Below are positions 56,449 through 64,000 of a DNA stretch of 64,000 nucleotides, piece by piece. Under the pieces are notes generated by a model that saw only the letters and a program-made list of their open reading frames with translations, did not search any database and had not been told where the DNA came from. Position numbers and translations under genes: made by a program. The stretch comes from Schmidtea nova. Lineage: Eukaryota. The DNA lies in NCBI GenBank assembly GCA_044892505.1, contig CM097883.1:198896001-198960000 (forward strand), given 5' to 3'. Position 1 is the first letter of the stretch; every line of letters starts with the position of its first letter.

Positions 56449-58447
56449 TTCTTGTTGATCTGAACTATAGAAATCGTTAATTAATCAATTTAGTGAAAAA
56501 TTCAGAAAATTACATTTAAAATTAATATAATTTTTAAATTGAGTAAATTTGTCCTTTTGATTAAATTAGCAATTTTAAACAAACGGAAATTTTATTTTTA
56601 TTATTTCTAAACTGGATTAAATTACGGTAATAATTAAAATTTTTCTTAAAATTCAAATGCAGATTAAAAGTTTTCTATAAAAATATAATATTTTATGTAT
56701 TAATTATCATAAAATGCAATATTGGTAAAATATAGGGTTATATTAGTGTTTTTGATGCTCGGAATAATTTATTTGGATGCAATAATGAATTTATAGTTGT
56801 GTAGAGTGTTTATGTTGAATTTCCGATAAATTTTTATTGAAAGCTTATGGATAAATCATTGAAGAAGGGACAAAAATGGGCAATAAACCTTCTATCGGTA
56901 GCCCTTGGACCCAGGAGATATTCGGTCAATCATAGTTTCGTATTGACGACGCTCACTGATTGCGAATACCCACCCACTTGTTACAGTACCAACGTTACAT
57001 AGTGACGGGTAACAAGATGGTAGTTTAAATGTTTTATGTGTTGAGTTGTTGATGAGAGCCATAGAAACGTCAAGGTCATATTGACGATCAACAACCCACC
57101 AGATACAATACCAACTTCACCTAGTGAAAGGTAACTTACAGCTAAACTCAATTTATGCGGTTTGAGACAATTAATCTTTTCATTGAAATGCAAATTTCTT
57201 TTAAATTTCTGTTTAAAAACAATTTCTTTAATATTTATTAAACCATATTCACTTTGATTTGAAAAATTGTCATTTTATTAAATATTTGCCTTGTTTTAAA
57301 TCGATATTTATTGTTCAAATTTGACATTTTTGAAATAGAGTTTTTTTGTATTATAAAATAGTTTCTAATTTACTTCTACATTGAATGCCTAATTCAATTC
57401 TCTCTTTGGGTTCGATATTATTGATAATCATTTTTATTATTAATTTAATAAATAAATTTAGATCTTTTTAATTGGAGAAATGCCAATATGAATTCTCCTC
57501 AGATTAAGCTAATATCCAATAGATATTCAAAAAATATTTATTTAGATGAGAAAAAAGAGGTAATAATAAATAAAATATTAAATTATTACAATTTAGCTGC
57601 ATAATTATTACATAAAATATTATTATTAAATAGAAAAAATTTGATATAATATTAGTTTTATCACGAAAAAGAACTTTATAATATTAAAATGAGAAATTTG
57701 GTTTATTTACGTTGATTGTTTATAACATTTTTCAAATCGGTTATTATTAATTTGTTATAACAGTAGTTAGTAAGTTTTATTATCAATATATTGAACGCTA
57801 TTTTGAAACCCATTGAAAGCAAATAAACTAGAATTACCCCTGTTTTTTATTTTTTCATAAATTCACATGATACATCTGATTTCTTGCATACTAATTTGTA
57901 CTGTAATAAAAAAGGAAAATTAACGCATTTTTTACACGAAAACAATTAATGCATTAATATTTTAAATTCTAAGCCATAATTTCCCTTTATATTATATAGA
58001 AAATTAAAAATTATAATACAATTATTTTTATAATAAGTTTTAGAAAAGCAATGTAATAATTGCTGTCATTCAGTCTGTGTCTTAGGTTAAATTCATGAGT
58101 TGTGCTGCAGGATTTTATATAGATTGGTGATATGGTTTTTGTTTAGTAGAAAGTGTATTTTTCATTTTGCATCAAATATATTGTTGTAATGGTTTCAATT
58201 AAATAATTATATAATATTTTCACTTGTTAGACGAAATAAATATCATTATTATTACTTATTATTACTTATCTATTTAGTTATTTGTGAGTTATTATTATTA
58301 ATTATTTGTTAGTTATTTGTGATGTGTGCTCGTTAATGTGTATTGCTGAGTGTTTAAGGATTTGAAAGAGCCCGAAAGAGTCTCCAATTGGTGGAGGGAC
58401 AGTCGGGGTGAATGCGTATGTATATGGGTATGATTACTGTAACTATA

Positions 58448-58451
58448 TGTG

Positions 58452-58503
<52 letters not shown>
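58448..58503. repeat. (AT)n microsatellite
   Basis: Pure AT run seen directly. Confidence 0.95.
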
Positions 58504-58507
<4 letters not shown>

Positions 58508-58779
58508 TTATATTTATATAAATATTTAAAATTAACAATACAATTTTTACATGAACTTTATTTAATGCAATAAAAAAAACACTACTCACGAAAAGGGATA
58601 ATATAATTTTCGACTGTCTCTGATTTATTCTTAATTTTTTTACGTTTTCTGTTAGCTTCTGTTCCTTTAGATTTTTTTCCGAAGATAATTTAATTTTCAA
58701 CTTACTTTTTGATTTATTCTAGCTTTATAAATGTTTACTTTTAGCTTCTGTTCCTTTAGATTTATTTCGGAATATGGTA

Positions 58780-59917
58780 CTGTAAAATCCCGAGTATAAG
58801 CTGCAGCTAATACGTACATTAAGGCAACATTTCTGAATTGCAGCTAATATGATGTGCAGCTTATACAACTAAAAAACAATTCAAATCGAAGATAAGATTA
58901 TTTATTTCAATTTTCAACTTCACACTCCTCAAAACCATCACACTTTTCATTGTCAATAAAAGTGAAATTTTTTAGTAATTCTACAATGTTTGGATCAGAC
59001 TCGTTCACATTCATTTCATTTTCTTCAATTTCAAGAACATCGTCGTCTTCACCGAATGCAACACAAAAACTATTCAAAATGGTGGAAATGTTAACATCTT
59101 TCCAAGAGGAAACAATCCATTCGAAAATAGTATTCCAGTCAGCTGCTTTCATATTTCCGGACTTAGTATGTTTGATGTTTTCATAATCTTTAATGATCCA
59201 ATCCTCCCACTTCTTGCGCAATTTTGACTTGAACGAACGGTTAACAGTAAGATCTAATGGATGCACCTTTGATGTCGATCCGGCAGGTATGAAAGCTACT
59301 TTGGATTCTTTCTTAATTTTATCAAGTGTAGTACTGACAAGATGTGAGCGATGCATATCAAATAAAAGCAATGCTGGTACTTTTGGATCCTGGTTCCATG
59401 GTGTCTTTGGAGGCAATGTAATTCGACTCTTCCATACTTTCTTGAGCCATATCTCAAGAGTTTCATGATTCAATCAACCACCACGCAATGATCTTCGATT
59501 TGGATTCATTGCTTTGATAACAGACTCTTGGGCGATCCATCGTCGAATAACAGTTTCATTAATATCATATCGTCTTGCAACCTCCCGTATGTTTCCTAAC
59601 TGACGAGCTAATTCAATAACTTCTTTTTTCTTTGCTGAACTAAAAGATCTTCGTTGTTTCTTTTGTTTTTGTTCCAAATCGTTATCCATTTTGATCAAGG
59701 ATTCAAAAAGTGCAATAAACAATATAAACGATATAAACGATTAAAACAAAATGGTTATTGTTTTTTTAATGATAGGTTGCTGATTTTAAAATCAGGTGTT
59801 TTCAACGCAAATGGTGCAGCTAATACGTGCTGCGGTTTATACGACTAAAAAATACATTTTTATAAAAATGTCATCTGCAGCTAATACGCGCTGCAGCTTA
59901 TACTCGGGATTTTACAG
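58780..59917 (-). mobile_element. pogo-family DNA transposon, internal deletion derivative
   Basis: Perfect 28-bp TIR CTGTAAAATCCCGAGTATAAGCTGCAGC, TA target sites; N-terminal HTH (RRSFSSAKKKEVI...VARRYDINETVIRRW) abutting DDE_1-type C-terminal half (LLFDMHRSH...IPAGSTSKVHPLDLTVNRSFK). Confidence 0.93.
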
Positions 59918-60479
59918 TAATTTAATTTCCAACTGTCTCTAATTTATTCTTAATTTTTTAAACGTTTTCTTCTAGCTTCTGTTTTGATAGCTTATTTTGT
60001 TAATCTTTAAATAGAAAATATGTCTGTCAACTTTTTACTCAATAGTAATTTTTTTTATTCAATTTTTTTATTTGTCAATTTGCTTTCTATAGTTATTTAC
60101 TATAGAAAGCAAAATTTATACTTTTAAATTGAATTTTAATTTTATTATTATTTAACGCACAACAATAATTTAACAAAAACAAAAATCGGGGGGAACAGAC
60201 TATAGGGGGAAATAAACCACACGAATTGAGAACATTACATTACTCATTCTAATAAGTATTATTTATATTAAAAATGCTATGATATTATTCATAATATTGT
60301 GTTGCATTAGCAGAGTCACATTTCTTTTTCTGCCGTTAAAGTTATGAACATTAAGCAATCTAGATCCTTAATTTTTTTTCTTAGTTATTTTAACTATTTC
60401 TACATAAACAAAAATGAATTACTGATCGTATAATATACTTGATATTATTGACTTGTTGTAATTTTGCTGGTATTGTATA

Positions 60480-63400
60480 CAGGGTCGGCGCTAGCATTTT
60501 GGGCGCCCTATGCTTTTCAAAAAATTGCGACCTATTTTTTTAGATGAAACATTTTTACTTATTTCTTTATAAATCATTTGTTTAATTTAAGTTTATTCTT
60601 CTGGTTTTCAATTTGGCAAAATCCTCCAATACATTACCATAATCTAAATTGTCAAGGAATTCCCTCTCTATTGAAATAGTTGTCAGGCCAACTAATCTTT
60701 CTTGAGACATAGTACTTCGTAAATAGTTCTTGATAATTTTTAATTTAGAAAAACTACGTTCACTGGAAGCAACTGTTATAGAAACCGTTAGCAAAATCTT
60801 AAGAGAAGTAACTAAATTAGGGAAAAGTACTTCTAAGTTTTTTTCAAAAATAATATTTAATGTTTCAATTGGAGATTGAAAACAAAATTGAAAAATTTTC
60901 AAGCTCTTCCGATAATTCAAAATCATTTATATCGGATTCTTCTTCTTTAGAAAGATGTTTTTATAAATCGCAGCATTTTGTTGTTAAATCTGTTGAAACC
61001 ATCAGTTTTATATCAGAAATATTATGTAGGAATTCAAAAATTTTGTTGTGCTCTGATATCTGATTAAATCTATCGTTTACTGATTGTAGAGCCTGATCTA
61101 TTACTTTGAAATAGAATTCCACTTTGAATTTTTGTTTGGGATCTAAAATAATTTCATCTCTACCCTCGTACGAAAAAGAGTGGAGGCTTTCGGTGACTTC
61201 TTATGGTCGAAGCTGCAGGAAAAGAAGCTATTACATCAAATATTGGGGCGATTTCTTCCGCCTCTGAAACAAAGTTGTCGAAACTGTCATCAGTTCTCAA
61301 ACCATTCAAAAACTCTTTTGTGGAAATTAGTATTTGGATTGCTGTGGTTAAATAAAAATTTGAACTTTGAAGATATTTGCTAAAAAACATTATTTTTTTT
61401 AAAATAGAGTACCAAGCAAGTAAAGAGCAAATAAAATCAAATCTGAGAATAGTGTTTGCTAAAGTTTCTGCAGTATGCCTTGTAATGGAATCGCAATCTA
61501 TTGATAATTCCATTAGTGCTTCATAGATATCTTCTAAATTGTTAATCAGAGGCCTTAATACATCAATTCTACTTTCCAACCTGATTGTACATAGAGGCTG
61601 AAGGGTAAAAGTTGTTACATTCTTTTTCAATATTGCCCATCTAGAAACTGAGTTTGAAAAAAAATTATATAAATTTTGAACAGTTTCAAAAAATCTAACT
61701 TGAACATTGAGCTGAATCTGAAAGCACTAAATTTGCGAGTGAGAAGTACAAAAAACAAAAAATGGACATGACTCCAGTCTTTTTATTTGAGCTTGCATCC
61801 CGATATTTTTGCCTTTCATATTGGAGCCATTATTATATCCTTGTCCACGACAGTTAGTTATTAATATTCCTAAAGAACTTAACTTTTCCAAAACTGCTTC
61901 CGTTAAACCTTTCGCTGAAGTATCGGGAACTACAAGAAAACCTAAACAAAGTTCTTTTATTTCGAACTTTTTTTCTTGTCTTGTTACAACTGTTGGTGTG
62001 TTGTTTTAACAATCATCAAAACTGTATTTACTTTCTGTCTACACATTTTTAACCTAGCTTTGATTTCGCCCAACTGTCGTGCATAATTGATGAAGTAATT
62101 CATGTGGATTTTTAAATGGTTATTTCGAGTTAATGGGAACAAGATTTTCCGACCAGTTCAATATGATTATTTCACTAGGGAATTTGAAACGTTCACTCTA
62201 CGATAGGACAATCGACTGACATTCTGTGATTTAAGTCAATTACGAAAATACTCGGAATTCCTCGAGTTATGTGGGTTGTGGTGTAAACATCGACTAAATA
62301 ACCCCGTTATACCAACTACATGACGCTGGGAATCGGATTGTTGGCTCTCCCTCACTAGCTGGAATACTTAATATCAATTTAGCGGTTTAGTCGCGGCAAC
62401 ATGTCTCGAAATTTTCTGTTCGCTTAGAGTTACCTAATAGGGTTCAGAAAATTATTGCCATCGTTAAGATTTTTGGGAAATGCGATCCCCTATTGAGACA
62501 TTCGCCATGGTTACAACTCGGACGTAGTTTCTATGAAAGTAGAGGTTCAATTCAAAGATTCTGAATTTCTACTGCCTGTTCTCCGACATTCACCTTTTCC
62601 CTAAGTATTTCTAGTATAAAAACAGGTCTTGACGGAGCAACCTATCTCCGCCCGTGCCGACACACGAAACAGGATAGATCACCCCGGAGAGCCGGCAACC
62701 AACGATATCGCCGCGACTCTCGCGTTATCTATACATCATAAACGAATTGAATAAGGAACACATGAAATTTTGAAAATTTTATTGATTAATACAATTTAAC
62801 TTACAATAAAATGCTGTAATACGATTCACAAAGGCAATGGTCCAATTATTCCTCCCGAGTGTTGCTGTAGTGTTAAAAATGAAGTTTCCGTGTGTAAGAA
62901 ATAATACTTTAGTGCCTAAGATGACATTAAGAATACTATATAATAAAATCGGCGCTCAGGCAACCAATCAAAATTAAGCTATTGTTTTATTGGTCTAATG
63001 ACCCGATTTATGATGTTATTACAATTTATTTTACTATTTCGTTATTATTTTATTATTTTCTTTTATTTCTTTTATTAATTGCATTTCTTTTCCTCATTTC
63101 TTTATATTTTCTAATTTCTGCTCAATTTCGTATTTTCTATCACTTTTCCTCGATTTTCCATTTTAATTATTGTTTTATTTGTATTGTTTTCTTTATTGAT
63201 TATTTGTATTGTTTTATTATTACCTTAATGTTTTTCTTTGATTATTGACATTTTTTAATTAATTGTTCATTTTCACCATTATTTATGTTTGAGCTAACCC
63301 AACACAAGCCTTACAATCAATGAAAGCTGTTCATTTCGACTTTGAGCAGGAGTACAATCAACGATGATGGAATTATATCTAGCTTCTAATATTAAGTTTT

Positions 63401-64000
63401 TTATTTTATTAGATATAACATTTGCGATAATTCCTATCAACTCGTTTTGAATGTCCTTACTCAAGTATTTATTTCTTGTTTCTCCAAATTCAATTCTTCT
63501 TAAATGCTCAGATAGAATTGGGTCAAATTTTGCTATTGATTCTATTAATTTTAAAAAATTTCCGTTGTTTTTATCATATAAGTTATCTGAACTACCCCGA
63601 AAAGCTATCGATTGAGTTGATAGAGATTCAACGCAAATGACTAATCTTTTCAACAGTTTCCTCCAATGTTGGATTTCTTTAGACATGATTTTCTGGAACG
63701 AACAATCTATAGTTGTTTCACTGGATATTCTAGATTAAAATTCTTTCTAATGTTTGTAAAATTTTACATGAGCAGAACTTAGTTCATGTTCCTTAAGAAA
63801 TTTTGTTACATGACTCCAGTTATTATAACCCTGTCCTGTAATAGCTGCAGATGAATTTCTTGAAAGTATTTTTCAACAAAAGCAGAATATAGAATCTTTA
63901 GCTAACAAATAAACTAACCAGTTCCGATTTATAACTTCTCCATTGGAGAGATGCCTATTATAATATTTGGGATTTATTTTTCTTCCTGTTTGAGGGAAAG
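60480..64000 (-). mobile_element. hAT element (ZMYM1-like transposase pseudogene), 5' part outside the window, interrupted by an insertion
   Basis: End CAGGGTCGGCGCTAG at 60480; minus-strand pieces IAFRGS...NGNFLKLI, IIVDCTP...EQLSLIVR, CRGQGYNNGSNMKG, LQPLCTIRLESR, and dimerisation domain TVASSERSFSKLKIIKNYLRSTMSQERL. Confidence 0.92.
62046..63301 (-). mobile_element. 1,256-bp non-coding insertion with 5-bp target duplication (possible solo LTR)
   Basis: ACACA at 62041-45 and 63302-06; removing the insert rejoins the hAT frame (IVRLV|); minus-strand ends TGGGTTAG...GGTTAAAAA. Confidence 0.7.

Larger units (their letters stand above)
54041..58430 (-). mobile_element. Copy C of the unclassified large element family
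   Basis: Three blocks colinear with copy A in inverted orientation (58360-58430, 56980-57085, 56850-56950) and two blocks shared with copy B. Confidence 0.6.

Overview
Eukaryotic, very AT-rich (roughly a quarter to 30% GC by eye), gapped scaffold. One clear host gene is present: the 3' part of a DDX3/PL10-class DEAD-box helicase on the + strand (exons <1-162, 15664-15808, 15851-15995, 20407-20624, 20675-21538; introns 15,501, 42, 4,411 and 50 nt). Almost everything else is nested, mostly decayed mobile DNA: Tc1/mariner (DD37D maT, DD34D mariner, IS630-like), pogo/Tigger, piggyBac, hAT, several Ty3/gypsy elements, a Polinton-type protein-primed DNA polymerase relic, MITEs and microsatellites. 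The intron-size mix and TE content would fit an invertebrate such as a triclad flatworm, but that is inference only. The most interesting observations are: (1) four tandem decoy copies of the splice acceptor plus start of the DEAD-motif exon of the helicase, two with and two without the AG, which could define a poison exon; (2) three diverged copies (A 26.8-35.5 kb +, B 46.2-49.2 kb -, C 54.0-58.4 kb -) of an unclassified large element family that share an invariant 22-nt motif with a partial HDV-ribozyme-like fold and carry different cargo ORFs, including a spliced 68-aa mini-gene and a broken membrane-protein ORF; (3) a captured fragment of the NEDD8-activating enzyme subunit NAE1; (4) an orphan polyQ terminal exon. 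All alignments and folds were done by eye and need computational confirmation.
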